44,707 nt of DNA from positions 1 to 44,707 of IMG/VR virus record IMGVR_UViG_3300030332_001221; one strand, written 5' to 3'. Source of the stretch: a virus (taxonomy: Duplodnaviria > Caudoviricetes). The notes under the pieces are model-generated. The model did no database searches, had not been told where the DNA came from, and saw only the letters and a program-made list of their open reading frames with translations. Shown piece by piece: positions 26,984 through 37,194 of this stretch. The translations under genes and the position numbers were made by a program. How positions within the stretch are numbered: position 1 is the stretch's first letter; each line of letters begins with the position of its first letter.

Positions 26984-27915
26984 TCGTACTCCGGTTCAAA
27001 ACTGACCGTTGTTTCGGTATCGAAGCCTAAAACCCTGTCCAAACTGACTTGGGCCATCCGCTGCAAATTGACTTGCTTATCAAGTGCAACGCCGTATTCA
27101 GGAGCAAGTTCTACAGCTAAATTTTTCTTCAGCGCGGCCAACCATTCTTGCGGAAAATCCGGGTTATTCGCGGCGGCGTCAAAATCTTCAAAAGGCCGGG
27201 AAAAGGTGAAGTTGATGATATCGTCAATGGTGTCCGGAGTCTGCCACAGATACCAAATCCCATCGGTCAATTGCGGGTCGTAGTAACCTTGGTGAGGCTT
27301 GCCTAAACTGGTCTTGTTGGGGAGGTCAAAATATTCATCCCGCGTCAGAATGTCAGAAAATGGGATCTCCTGGCCGCTAGCGTCTTCTCTCCGGGCGCTG
27401 AATATCCGCAACGGACGGTCGATCTTAGAGGTATAAGTGTAGAGCGTGTTCCCACTAGCGGCGTCGCCATCAATCGCGCTTGCCAGCGTCACTGTCGATC
27501 CCGATGGAGACCCGCTAATCGTCGTCCAGTGGAACGTCCCATCATCCTTGACGATCCCGATATTATCGGAAGCCGTCATGCCGGTGATCGACGCCACGGT
27601 CAAAGTGGTGTCAGTATTCTCGGCAGCGGCGGAAAGAGTGGTCTCGGCATATGAAGAAGTCGCGTGATCGCCATTAGGGCCGAGGGTGTACTTCGCCGTT
27701 CCCTTGGTGAGAAACAAAGTCGCCTCGGCGGTCGCCCATAAATGGAGGCCCTGCGCGCGCCACTCCTTGACCATCATATTTAGGGCCTCGGTGGCGTCCG
27801 TAACTTCTTCAGCGGATGGCGTTTCCCCAGCAGCGATTGCCTCGATAAGGCGCAAGGCTCCCGCGATGATCTGATCTCTTGTACGATTAAAATCAACTGA
27901 GCCGGAAGTAGCCAT
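26977..27915 (-). CDS. Head-tail adaptor (P22 gp4-like) with inserted domain
   Basis: IIAGALRLI..GETPS....D...LNMM...W; FPQEW..AL..NLAVELAPEYG. Confidence 0.75.
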   Translation of the reverse strand: MATSGSVDFNRTRDQIIAGALRLIEAIAAGETPSAEEVTDATEALNMMVKEWRAQGLHLWATAEATLFLTKGTAKYTLGPNGDHATSSYAETTLSAAAENTDTTLTVASITGMTASDNIGIVKDDGTFHWTTISGSPSGSTVTLASAIDGDAASGNTLYTYTSKIDRPLRIFSARREDASGQEIPFSDILTRDEYFDLPNKTSLGKPHQGYYDPQLTDGIWYLWQTPDTIDDIINFTFSRPFEDFDAAANNPDFPQEWLAALKKNLAVELAPEYGVALDKQVNLQRMAQVSLDRVLGFDTETTVSFEPEYDW

Positions 27916-27941
27916 ACTATACCTCGATCATTCGTTTAGCG

Positions 27942-28235
27942 TCAGTCACGGCTTCGCTCGCGCCAATCAACCCCACGCACCAACGTCTTAGCCTCTGAAT
28001 GATCAACGAGAGTGAACACCCGAATTACAAACGGAGCGTTAAGCCATCCAGGGGTCCATCCCGCCGCACCGGACACTTTTACCAATGCTTCAGTACCTGC
28101 AAGATTCTCCGCAACGGATAATGCAGCTCCTGGCGTTTTGGTGTTATGCCTGATTGCACAAGCGGATTTCATGGAATTATACGATCCGTGGGTCATGTCC
28201 ACATGAAACCAGCATTCTGATCCTTCATAGGCCAT
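27942..28235 (-). CDS. Hypothetical protein
   Basis: Operon fit; start MAYEGS. Confidence 0.55.
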   Translation of the reverse strand: MAYEGSECWFHVDMTHGSYNSMKSACAIRHNTKTPGAALSVAENLAGTEALVKVSGAAGWTPGWLNAPFVIRVFTLVDHSEAKTLVRGVDWRERSRD

Positions 28236-28236
28236 A

Positions 28237-29004
28237 TCAATCGCTCGGGCTTGTTGATGCTGTAGTAAGAGCACCTACTACTGTGAAGTCTCCACCAGTG
28301 CCGGCGTTCAGCTTAAAATTATCTGCTGCTTCTCCATTGTCGATATGCTGATAAATAATGGGCTGGACAGCATTAGGTGTTGAACCATCAGCCCCAAGAT
28401 CAACTGGTTTATTATCACCATCACGGAACAGTGCTACCTTGTCCGAATCACTGAAATCTATATATGTTGTCTCGTCAAAATACAGCTCCGCCATATCGGC
28501 ATCGAGAAGCGTCCCAGCAGAAATATCCGAGCCTGCAAATGCATTGCCAGAGTCCGTCCAGTTGATCGTAGCATCGGTTAAGTTATTAACCGCTCCTTTA
28601 TCATCCGTTCCATTGATGACAAGGCGAGAAATCGGAACAGAAAGATCGGCGCCAGCCGCGATATGTATCCAGCCATCCGTTGAATCCCAAGCAGAACTAG
28701 ACAACATTTCCATAATCTCAGCACCCGCCGTGCTCGTTAATTTGAACACCAATTTATCATCCGCGCCTCTCCGTAATGTAAAAGCCTCATCTCCAGATGA
28801 GCCAACATTAAAGATATGTTGTCCTGCGCCATCGCCACCAGCCTCAAACTTCAACCAACAAGAAAAAACCATTACCTTGCTATTGGCCACACCAGTCAAG
28901 CCCGCACCACCATGATTCATGGAATCGTTGCTACCATCAAACGTCACAGCATCAACCGCAAGCCCTGCAGCCGTATACCGGAATGGATTGATTATGAAGC
29001 TCAT
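28237..29004 (-). CDS. LamG/concanavalin-like virion protein
   Basis: INPFRY N-terminus, FDGSND, FSCWLK, WIHI. Confidence 0.65.
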   Translation of the reverse strand: MSFIINPFRYTAAGLAVDAVTFDGSNDSMNHGGAGLTGVANSKVMVFSCWLKFEAGGDGAGQHIFNVGSSGDEAFTLRRGADDKLVFKLTSTAGAEIMEMLSSSAWDSTDGWIHIAAGADLSVPISRLVINGTDDKGAVNNLTDATINWTDSGNAFAGSDISAGTLLDADMAELYFDETTYIDFSDSDKVALFRDGDNKPVDLGADGSTPNAVQPIIYQHIDNGEAADNFKLNAGTGGDFTVVGALTTASTSPSD

Positions 29005-30548
29005 GTTTGACGCCCTATCAGGTAGGCTTTGAGACCCGCGCCGGCGACACTCGACCCGACCTGATCAAGATCGATTTCAATTAACGCCCCTGCTGCAAGC
29101 GCAGTATCAGATATAACCGGAGGCGTTGCCGCTGTTTGTGAAGTCTTCTCTGTCGCATCAATGGTGATTAAAGTCGATAGGATCGTTGATCCGGCTTCGT
29201 TAATGTCAACAATGATCGACGCACCTGTCGGCGCTGCGGTAACTCCAGCTTGAACCTCCGTGAGGGTAAAACCATAGGGCATATGAAACGTAACCTTAGC
29301 ACTACCCGTTGTAAGTGCCGTAGTTTCATCAGATACCGCGATGGCGATACACTCTAATGCCGCTGTTGCTCCTGATACGCCAGCCTGAGAAACTCCCTCA
29401 ACCGCTAAAACCCCGGCGCTCGCCCGTGTGAGCGAGGTGTCGGTGGCATGACCAAGTTCAACACCGGTAAACTGCGGACTATCACCAGTACCAACACCCA
29501 ACGCGGTTGCTCCGCCCGCTGCGGTTGACGCGCCCGTTCCACCATCAGTTACTGGAACATCAGTACCCCCAGCACGATAAGCTATATTTCCCTCAATGTT
29601 CATATCACCAGCACTCGCCCGCGCGAGCGTGGTGTCGGACGCATGCCCAAGCTCGATGGTGGTCAACTGCTTATTGGTGAGCGTCTGAGCGGTGGCAAGC
29701 CCAACAAGCTGTTCCGTGATACCAGCAGCGTCATAAACCGCCGCCGCCATATCCCCGGCACCGGCTGCGGCCCAAGACAACTGCCCAGACCCGTTGGTCT
29801 GAAGGACGTTGGTGTTAGCTCCGTCGGCTTGTGGCCACTTCTGGCCATCAAGAACGATGTCCCCCGTGGTATGGGGGGTCAAGTTGATATCGCCGGCCGC
29901 GTCCGTCGAAGTAATCGTATTACCGTTGAATTGGAGGTTATCAACAGTGATATCACCAGTTACACCAAGCGTCCCGGTCATCGTCAACGAAGCAACGCCA
30001 GTTATATTATCGCTGTTATCAATAATTACGCCGCTGCCCTGGATGATCTTCCCAGAAGTGGAATCAAACCTTGGAACAGCGTTATCAGTTGACGAGCCTG
30101 GGCCGCTTACATCTCCCGTACCAGATACAGACGTATACCAATTGGTCGTATCAGTGGCGACGTAGCGCCGAGACGCCCCAGCGGCGAGCGTGTTGCCGTC
30201 AACGGCATCCGCAGAACCACCGTCAATCGCGTCGCTCGTATTCGGCCATACCTGAATAGTCTGAGCGGCGTCGTCGTTGATGATCAGGATTTCAAGACCG
30301 GCAGCCGCCGTTGGCAACTTCACCCCGTCCCCGTTGGTCCCGGATACCGTGACCCTATTGGTGGCGGTTGTAAGAGCCGTCGCGCCCGCTTGACTTTGAG
30401 TTGTCCCCGCCGTGATGCTATCAGTGATCGTCGTCGTGCCGTCCTGAAGCGCCCCAATTTCAGATGCCGCAGCGGCGAAGTTCGTGCGCACCGATGCCGT
30501 AGTAGGAATCTCCGCTACCGGTTTGCTGGAATCAATACTGGATGCCAT
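29001..30548 (-). CDS. Fibre-like structural protein
   Basis: Thr/Gly/Ala rich; repeated ELGHA.DT.L.RASAG modules; GDVSGPGSSTDNA motif. Confidence 0.7.
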   Translation of the reverse strand: MASSIDSSKPVAEIPTTASVRTNFAAAASEIGALQDGTTTITDSITAGTTQSQAGATALTTATNRVTVSGTNGDGVKLPTAAAGLEILIINDDAAQTIQVWPNTSDAIDGGSADAVDGNTLAAGASRRYVATDTTNWYTSVSGTGDVSGPGSSTDNAVPRFDSTSGKIIQGSGVIIDNSDNITGVASLTMTGTLGVTGDITVDNLQFNGNTITSTDAAGDINLTPHTTGDIVLDGQKWPQADGANTNVLQTNGSGQLSWAAAGAGDMAAAVYDAAGITEQLVGLATAQTLTNKQLTTIELGHASDTTLARASAGDMNIEGNIAYRAGGTDVPVTDGGTGASTAAGGATALGVGTGDSPQFTGVELGHATDTSLTRASAGVLAVEGVSQAGVSGATAALECIAIAVSDETTALTTGSAKVTFHMPYGFTLTEVQAGVTAAPTGASIIVDINEAGSTILSTLITIDATEKTSQTAATPPVISDTALAAGALIEIDLDQVGSSVAGAGLKAYLIGRQT

Positions 30549-30551
30549 GTT

Positions 30552-30890
30552 CTAATCCCAAAGTGATGCGCCGATGTCCCATACCGAATGTCCACCGTCC
30601 CAAATCGCCTGCCCAACATCGGTGGAGTCGGGCGTTCCTGAACCCGTCAGATCAGAAGCAGTGACTTCCGTTGGGCTGAGAAACCGCTGTGTTGACCACG
30701 GACGGGGATCTGGAACGGATTGCCTGTCGGGCCGACCTCGGATTTTATCCTGGGGGTGGCGAGGCTCCCAAGACTCTTTCCTGACTAGCAACCCGTTCCA
30801 TTCTTTGCGAGCCTGGGACCGCTTGATCTTGTGGCCGGTCCTATCACAAATTACATTGTGGTCACCCGGCTCGTAATATGCGTCAGACAT
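30552..30890 (-). CDS. Conserved-type virion-module protein
   Basis: ICDRTG.K......KEWNGL.V....WEPRHPQD. Confidence 0.7.
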   Translation of the reverse strand: MSDAYYEPGDHNVICDRTGHKIKRSQARKEWNGLLVRKESWEPRHPQDKIRGRPDRQSVPDPRPWSTQRFLSPTEVTASDLTGSGTPDSTDVGQAIWDGGHSVWDIGASLWD

Positions 30891-31276
30891 CACGCTTTCT
30901 TCTTCATCTCTAAAATGATGGTGCCTTCATCTCCGCTGCCAAGGCCCGTGGTTGTAAAGAGAATATCCCCCGTCACACCCACGCCGGCATTGTTGTAAAA
31001 CCCACCGTAAGAGTTGAAGTCCATATGCTGCTCTCCAACCGGGAGGTCAATTATATCAACATTGGTATCGGCATCCCAGAGCAATTTGACCGTAAACCCG
31101 ATGAGCATGGTTTTGATCCTCAGAATGCTCACCGATCCAGGAGGTACGCCAAACTCGGAAACGTTGACGAGGATGGTAGCGGATTCATCGCCTGAACCAT
31201 CCCCGGTTATTTTGACCTTGGAGACAATGTTTCGTGGCCCCTCGGTCAAAGTTTGCTGTGTAATTGTGTTGACCAT
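30890..31276 (-). CDS. Putative structural protein
   Basis: GVTGDILFTT motif; position. Confidence 0.65.
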   Translation of the reverse strand: MVNTITQQTLTEGPRNIVSKVKITGDGSGDESATILVNVSEFGVPPGSVSILRIKTMLIGFTVKLLWDADTNVDIIDLPVGEQHMDFNSYGGFYNNAGVGVTGDILFTTTGLGSGDEGTIILEMKKKA

Positions 31277-31282
31277 GGCTTT

Positions 31283-32020
31283 CTACCTCTCGGCGGCTAC
31301 AAGAAAATAGTCCAAGCTGAGAACACTGGCCTTCGCCTCGCCACCCTTCACAAAAAACATCGGGGTCAACACGGACGTGGCGATATTCGAGGTAAGCGTC
31401 GCCTTCAAGGTATTATCCACATAAAATTTTGTGGTGCCACTCCCATCAGTATACCATGTGAAAAGCGTAAAGGCGCCATCGACCAGAGTGAAAGCATCCG
31501 TTTCAGTCGAGAAAACGTCCGCTTCACCTTGTATACAATCCATCGTCGCCTTGCCATCAAACTTGGCGAAACCAATGGCGTCATCCATGGTCCGCGTCAG
31601 TCCATCAGCCGCGAAGAAGTTAGCGCCGGTTTGTACGCTCGACATGCCAACAAACATTTCGCTGGCCGTCAAAACACCGCCCGACCCCTTATCGAGTTTA
31701 GCGCGACACTCGAAAAGCATCTTTTTGGAATTTGTCTGCCACGCCGCGTCAGTATGATATAGCTGGCCAAGGTCGTTATCAGCACCAGCATTAGTGAGAG
31801 CCACTACTCCTGTAGGACCGACGATGGTGTCAACGTTGTTGGTTACAGTTAAGGTCCAGGCCGCATTCCCCTGGGACTTGTCGTATTCCAGAAAGTCGTC
31901 AAAATGAACCGCCCATTTGGTAGGATCAACGTAAGGCATCGCTGCCATGGGATCGTCCGCCTTAACGGTCGAAATGCCACTGGCAAAGCGATGCAACACA
32001 TTATGAAGTACTTCAGACAT
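31283..32020 (-). CDS. Putative structural protein (beta-sandwich)
   Basis: FDDF..FYVD..LDY...A.ER pattern; position after capsid. Confidence 0.65.
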   Translation of the reverse strand: MSEVLHNVLHRFASGISTVKADDPMAAMPYVDPTKWAVHFDDFLEYDKSQGNAAWTLTVTNNVDTIVGPTGVVALTNAGADNDLGQLYHTDAAWQTNSKKMLFECRAKLDKGSGGVLTASEMFVGMSSVQTGANFFAADGLTRTMDDAIGFAKFDGKATMDCIQGEADVFSTETDAFTLVDGAFTLFTWYTDGSGTTKFYVDNTLKATLTSNIATSVLTPMFFVKGGEAKASVLSLDYFLVAAER

Positions 32021-32059
32021 CTTGTAGCTCCTTGTGTGTTGCCGCTGGTATGCAGCTGG

Positions 32060-32683
32060 TTAAAGAACTTTGCGAAGCTCGTCAGCGCCGTCTTCGCATA
32101 CAGTTTCGTCAGTTTGGGGCCTCGCTAGGGTGCTAGCAGTGGTCGCCATGATCCTTTCCGCGACCCCCCTATCTTTTAGGGTGTGGCCGTAAAATCTAGG
32201 CTCCCATGGATAATGCTCCAACAGCAAGCTACCGTCGCTTTTCTCCACCTCAATACCCCGGCCCATGGCCAACTGAAGCCATGAATCCAAACATGGCTTT
32301 TGAGTGTAATATTCGATGGAGAGGTTCTTCATGAGAATCTTATGACATATGATCTTCTCGAATCCCTCTCGTATCGCGTCAGCAATCATATAAGCTATAG
32401 TACATGTAAAATATGATCCGGGGAAATCTTCCACCGTTTCCTTGAGAGGGAATGGCCTACTTCGCGGAATCTCCTGATAATGGCATTGAGCCACGACAGG
32501 AATAGACAATGCCGCGACTCGCTTACCATAATCAGAACCATTCGTGGATTCCAAATGCTGTAAGGAATCCATGAAATACAGCCGAGTAGCATTCGGCTGG
32601 TGGGTGAAGGCCATATTACAGACCCACACCTCATCAGCTTCTTCCTCGTATGGTTGACCGCCAACCAAAACAACCGTTTTCAT
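32060..32683 (-). CDS. Putative glycosyltransferase-like (GT29/Maf/DUF115-like) protein
   Basis: VVLVG..EVWVCN, YFTCTIAYMIA.AI.EG, EY..QKPC...W...A.GRGIEV. Confidence 0.45.
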   Translation of the reverse strand: MKTVVLVGGQPYEEEADEVWVCNMAFTHQPNATRLYFMDSLQHLESTNGSDYGKRVAALSIPVVAQCHYQEIPRSRPFPLKETVEDFPGSYFTCTIAYMIADAIREGFEKIICHKILMKNLSIEYYTQKPCLDSWLQLAMGRGIEVEKSDGSLLLEHYPWEPRFYGHTLKDRGVAERIMATTASTLARPQTDETVCEDGADELRKVL

Positions 32684-33621
32684 TAGGAGTCAGCGCCAGC
32701 TGCCGGGTTCAGATAACCAGACTCATCAGCAACACCAGTGACGTAATTCTCGAACTGCATAATGCGGGTCGTGGTTTGGATTAGCACGACGGCCGCGACA
32801 TCCAAGCAAGCAACCAAGTTGTTAGCAAGAACGCCGGTATTTGCCGTGCCCGTGTCCACGTTAATCAACAACTCACCTTGGGTATTCAACCGATAGAAGT
32901 TGTTGCGCTGAATACGACAAGACCGTAAATCCTTGCCAGTCAAAACCTCGATCATCGCGTCATCATTAAGGACACCCAACTCAATATAATTATCCTCCAT
33001 CACCAGATTGGTGACATCGGCGGCAATCTTGATGATGTTCTCGTTTGCCGTATCCGCCCCGATGACCACATTGTTGGTAAACGTGAAACCAGAGATTTCC
33101 TCGTCGGTAGTCCCGTCGGCATCAAGGACCAGAACCCAATTCTCGGTAGCCACCTGCTCACGGAACTCACAAGAGTCGATGGTAAAATTGGCCGCTGTGA
33201 GGTGGATCATCTTTTCGATGTCGGCAAAACCGGCCTCAAACTGAAAATTGTGAATACCGCAATTCGCAGCCGAAACGTCGATGTCGGCCGAAACAATGGT
33301 ATCGAGAATGATCTTCGGGCGATCCGTGCCGGTACCAAGACCAACAAAGTTCACACCAGCCACGTCAAGAACCCACCCGGCGGCAGCCGAGAAAGTCTCT
33401 GAGTGACCCGCCTTGACCATGACGAGGTCGCCGTTATTGGCGGTACACCGACCTACGGCATAATCAACCGTGGCCCAAGGACGATCAAAAGTGCCCTTAT
33501 TACCATTCGACCCCGTGCCAGAATCCACCCAGAACACATTGCCGGGGTAGGTGTTTAGCATAGGCATCCCACGAACGTTGATACCGTCCGCGAAACCTTT
33601 TGGATAATTTGAAATAGGCAT
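32683..33621 (-). CDS. Putative structural protein with beta-helix
   Basis: GTFDRPWATVDYAV..C.ANNGD..VKAGH.E; Asn-rich repeats. Confidence 0.65.
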   Translation of the reverse strand: MPISNYPKGFADGINVRGMPMLNTYPGNVFWVDSGTGSNGNKGTFDRPWATVDYAVGRCTANNGDLVMVKAGHSETFSAAAGWVLDVAGVNFVGLGTGTDRPKIILDTIVSADIDVSAANCGIHNFQFEAGFADIEKMIHLTAANFTIDSCEFREQVATENWVLVLDADGTTDEEISGFTFTNNVVIGADTANENIIKIAADVTNLVMEDNYIELGVLNDDAMIEVLTGKDLRSCRIQRNNFYRLNTQGELLINVDTGTANTGVLANNLVACLDVAAVVLIQTTTRIMQFENYVTGVADESGYLNPAAGADS

Positions 33622-33634
33622 AACACTATCTCCT

Positions 33635-33668
33635 AAAAGAGGAAGAGAGGCCGAAGCCCCTCTTTCCT
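33635..33668 (-). terminator. Intrinsic terminator after major capsid gene
   Basis: AGGAAAGAGGGG-CTTCGG-CCTCTCTTCCT then CTTTT. Confidence 0.65.
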
Positions 33669-33719
33669 ATTCGCCGGATCGCGCCGACACTTCAGGTTTA
33701 TATGGACTGAGCACAGTGT

Positions 33720-34631
33720 CTATGCGCCCGCGCTTCCCCACACATCGCGAAAATCTGTCCAGCCGAATGAATACCGTTCATAAGAAGCTGCTTTCGCGTT
33801 CTTGGTGTCAAAGTCATTGTCCTTCTCAAACGAGATGGCTTCACGAGTGAAGTTCATCGCACCATTCGGACAATTCGTTCTCATGAACCAAGCATCGGAA
33901 TCGGTGAAGTAATGATTGACCTTGATCCCCTTCGGCAGGGCGTTGGTCGCCTTCAACACGTTGATAGCGTTGTTGGCTGTATCATTCTGTAACACTGACT
34001 TCAGAATGCGGTTGGCCTCAAACCAGTCGCTCGGATGAACGTGCAGGCTCTGAGGAATAAGAGAGATTTTCAAGCCCCTGTTATTCTTCGCTTGCATGAT
34101 CTGAATCTGAAGGTCTTCGATGGACGATTCCGAAAGGTCGGCGTTCACCGTCAACCTGTTCGACTGATCACCCGATAGGGTAGGATGATCGGTGGCGATC
34201 ATCTCCTTACCGTCACCGCCGACGAAGTTGGAGTTGAACGCCCTATTGTAGACATTCGCACCAACGTTCTCTTTGGTTTGACGGAAGGAGAAGGCCAACG
34301 CACCCGCCCGACGTTTCGAGAGCTTCTCATAGAGATTGTCCCGCAACTCCTCATAGGTGACGACATACCCAAGGCCATACGCAACATGCGTATACCGCTT
34401 GGTTACACCTTGAGTCTCCGAATCGTAAACAGTCGAAGTCCCCTCACCCTTAACCGGGGCAAGTCCGAAACCCGTCGCCTCGACATCTTCCTCATAAGAC
34501 TGAGAAGAAGATGCTCGGGTAAACAAGTCAACGCACTCTTCAGGATGCTCGTTGTACTTCAGGCCCCACCACTCGTGGATTCCAGGCCAAAGGGCTTTTG
34601 GGTGTGTACCCGTAGTGATTACTGCTGACAT
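33720..34631 (-). CDS. Major capsid protein
   Basis: KALWPG, YEE....GFG.AP.K.EG, DFDT.N.K....ERYSFGW.D.R; follows scaffold. Confidence 0.85.
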   Translation of the reverse strand: MSAVITTGTHPKALWPGIHEWWGLKYNEHPEECVDLFTRASSSQSYEEDVEATGFGLAPVKGEGTSTVYDSETQGVTKRYTHVAYGLGYVVTYEELRDNLYEKLSKRRAGALAFSFRQTKENVGANVYNRAFNSNFVGGDGKEMIATDHPTLSGDQSNRLTVNADLSESSIEDLQIQIMQAKNNRGLKISLIPQSLHVHPSDWFEANRILKSVLQNDTANNAINVLKATNALPKGIKVNHYFTDSDAWFMRTNCPNGAMNFTREAISFEKDNDFDTKNAKAASYERYSFGWTDFRDVWGSAGA

Positions 34632-34640
34632 GATGCCCTC

Positions 34641-35285
34641 CTATATGCCCACAGTACCGACGGTACCCTGGTTCTCAGTGTGTTGATTGATCATCACCTC
34701 AAAATTCGCGTTGGCGAGATCAATGTCGTTGTCCTCACGGTTAACGGCCCGCATGATCAAAAGCTGATTTGAAGCATCAGCCGCCGGTGGATCACCCCCG
34801 ACCAATGCGTTCATCTCCGCGCCAGACCTTCCAGTCGTGGTGCTGCCCGCATGGGTAAGAATAAAGTTGGCATTCAGCCCAATCGATGTGGCGCCAAGAC
34901 CAGCATCGATATTATCGGCTTGAAGCTCAAAAATGACATCCGGGTCGTCGCAGACCAGAGCAACACGCTCCGTGCTTGCCGGATTGTGAACATTCTCAAG
35001 TCCGGTAGCGAGAGCCGAAAAACCGACGATTATGCCGGTAATACGATTGCCGTCGCCGGCCGTTGCCCGGTTGATCTCAGCAAGAGTGCCGATATTAAAC
35101 GAGCCATAACTCGGAACATCGACTTTTGCGGTGTTGGCGGTTCCGGTCTTGATGACAGGATCGCCAATGAAAAGCGCGGTCGCATACGTAGACGGAATGT
35201 AGTACATATTTCCCGACCCGTTATACGGCGCACCGTTCCTATGCCGAATAGGGCTGAACCCCATCGGCGCGTCAGTGTTGGCCAT
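34641..35285 (-). CDS. Capsid-associated (decoration/cement-like) protein
   Basis: MAN.DAP.GF.P, IFIGDPV-like, V.DDPD.IFE.Q; directly upstream of capsid. Confidence 0.65.
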   Translation of the reverse strand: MANTDAPMGFSPIRHRNGAPYNGSGNMYYIPSTYATALFIGDPVIKTGTANTAKVDVPSYGSFNIGTLAEINRATAGDGNRITGIIVGFSALATGLENVHNPASTERVALVCDDPDVIFELQADNIDAGLGATSIGLNANFILTHAGSTTTGRSGAEMNALVGGDPPAADASNQLLIMRAVNREDNDIDLANANFEVMINQHTENQGTVGTVGI

Positions 35286-35337
35286 GATGGCCTCCTACAG
35301 TTAAAAGTTTTTGAAAACAGAACGGGCGCCGGGCTTT

Positions 35338-35784
35338 TTAACCCCTTTGGATCGAAATACCCCTACCTTCGGGAATATATCGACGCTCCTGTTCCGACTG
35401 ACCCGGAGTTGAGCCACGTCTCATGGCAGCCTCCGTTTCGTCAATTGCCGCCGCTTTCGTCCCCTGATCCGCTTTGTAAAATTCTTCTTTTGTCTCCATC
35501 AGGTAGGCGTGCATCGGGTGACCATTCGGTAGCACCCCGACAACCTTATGGATGCGCGTCTTGGGCTCATCCATTTCTTCTTGGGTCGTCCCGTCGTGGA
35601 CAAACTCGTAACCAGCATTCATGGCATCCATGATGCGATTACCGTTATCGTTGAACCAACGACGCTCAAAACCCGCTCTTTGAGGTGCCGATAATTTCAG
35701 CTTCATGCCTCCAAGAGGGATGCGTTCCTTTCTCATCTTCTTCGGCGGCCGACCGGGGCCACGTTTCTCTGTCTTCTCTTCCAT
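35338..35784 (-). CDS. Head-module hypothetical protein
   Basis: GF.RRWFND...RI......GYEFV, AYLM pattern. Confidence 0.65.
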   Translation of the reverse strand: MEEKTEKRGPGRPPKKMRKERIPLGGMKLKLSAPQRAGFERRWFNDNGNRIMDAMNAGYEFVHDGTTQEEMDEPKTRIHKVVGVLPNGHPMHAYLMETKEEFYKADQGTKAAAIDETEAAMRRGSTPGQSEQERRYIPEGRGISIQRG

Positions 35785-35789
35785 AACCC

Positions 35790-36590
35790 TTAATCCCACT
35801 CATATTGTTTAAGATAATTCTCTCTTTTCCCGCCAAAGAGCCCTTCCGCGATAAACCTATCGGCCGCTTTTTGAGCGTCCGAGGGAAGGTCATTCCATGT
35901 TTTCCCACCCTTTTTGCGCCCGGCGTTAGACGCACCTTCTACAGCGGCGGGGCGACCTCTTCGACTATTCGGTGTTTTTCCGAATTTCTCGGGGAAGCGG
36001 TCTCTTACGTCCTTGGACACCTCCTCAAGAATCTCTTCAAAAGTCAGACCCGGAAATTCCGTGACTAACTGGTCTTTGCGCGCAATAGCGTAGTTCGCCA
36101 TGGCCTCGTCTTTTTGAAACCACGGATTTTTCTTCTCCCAAGCCACCACTTCCGGCGGCAACTCAGGCGCAGCAACTTTCGCTGCTTCCTCCGGCGCATC
36201 CTTTGCAAGTTCAGTCCGCTCTTTTTCAAGGCGGTCGAACTCATCCATGTCCTCGGCGGTAGCGGCGGCCCTTTGTTTTGCCTTGAGAGCATCCATCTCC
36301 CGCGCGTGGTTCTTTTTCTGGCGCGCCGACATCTTCTCATGATGAGCGTTTAGGTCTTTCATCGTCCTGGATTGCGCCTCCAGTCGAACGGTCAGATTGT
36401 CCACCTTCTTCTTCAAAGCACCGTGGATCTGCTTACCGTCCTTGTTAAAGGTCTCGGCGTCTTTCCATTGCTCGGGATCGCCCCTCCAGTCTTCTTTCGG
36501 GGTCCACCCCATACTGGCCGCTTCTTCCTCCTCCGTGTTTTTTTCGGGTTCGTTTTCTTCTTCAGCTTCTTTTTCGGTCTCGCCCGTCAT
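35790..36590 (-). CDS. Scaffolding protein
   Basis: Acidic N-terminus, MGW.PKE.W.GDP..W.DA..F, coiled coil, W...NPWF. Confidence 0.75.
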   Translation of the reverse strand: MTGETEKEAEEENEPEKNTEEEEAASMGWTPKEDWRGDPEQWKDAETFNKDGKQIHGALKKKVDNLTVRLEAQSRTMKDLNAHHEKMSARQKKNHAREMDALKAKQRAAATAEDMDEFDRLEKERTELAKDAPEEAAKVAAPELPPEVVAWEKKNPWFQKDEAMANYAIARKDQLVTEFPGLTFEEILEEVSKDVRDRFPEKFGKTPNSRRGRPAAVEGASNAGRKKGGKTWNDLPSDAQKAADRFIAEGLFGGKRENYLKQYEWD

Positions 36591-36604
36591 GACTTCCTCT
36601 CAAT

Positions 36605-36623
36605 AAAAACCGCCCGAAGGCGG
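36605..36623 (-). terminator. Intrinsic terminator after GroES
   Basis: CCGCC-TTCG-GGCGG-TTTTT. Confidence 0.65.
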
Positions 36624-36652
36624 CTGGTTTCATTCTTTTTCTGGCTTAACTT

Positions 36653-36964
36653 CTAGTTGATAATCGCCAAAATCTCGTCGTCCTGGATAAGACGATGGCG
36701 ATCTTCTAATTTCCCCGCTCTTAGGGAGACGCCGCAATATTTATCCACGACAACTCGATCACCTGGCCGTGGTCGCGGGCCTTTCGCCCATTCCGAAAAA
36801 GCGCCGTCGCCCGCCTCTACAAACGTGGCGTAAGTAGTAGCCATCTGCTGACGCTCAATATATCCCGCCGGCAACTCAATCCCGCCTTCCGTCTTCTCTT
36901 CTACCGGGTCCAGCAACACCAAGCATTTGGTATCAACTGGCTGTATCCCCGTTTCGTTCTTCAT
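36653..36964 (-). CDS. groES: GroES-like co-chaperonin
   Basis: IQPV...LV......EKT.GGI.LP, G.V..GDG-like, PGDRV...KY.G, LI.DDEILAII. Confidence 0.8.
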   Translation of the reverse strand: MKNETGIQPVDTKCLVLLDPVEEKTEGGIELPAGYIERQQMATTYATFVEAGDGAFSEWAKGPRPRPGDRVVVDKYCGVSLRAGKLEDRHRLIQDDEILAIIN

Positions 36965-37193
36965 CTTTGTCTTCCTCCTTATAAAATGACAAAATATCGC
37001 GCTCCCATTCAAGATCGAGCAGATCCCCAAGGGTTTGCGCTCGGCTTTGATCAGCCTCCGCCATGGGCTGGCCTAACGCCCAGAGTGTCTTCAAGCCCTC
37101 CACCTGATCGTGAAGGAAAATCATAAACGGTCCGTTTTGCGGATCATTCTTCCACGCTTGAAACGTTTCCTCTGAATCCCACGGATTCCTCAT
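36933..37193 (-). CDS. Hypothetical protein
   Basis: F..WK..P motif typical of portal-adjacent ORFs. Confidence 0.65.
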   Translation of the reverse strand: MRNPWDSEETFQAWKNDPQNGPFMIFLHDQVEGLKTLWALGQPMAEADQSRAQTLGDLLDLEWERDILSFYKEEDKDEERNGDTAS

Positions 37194-37194
37194 A

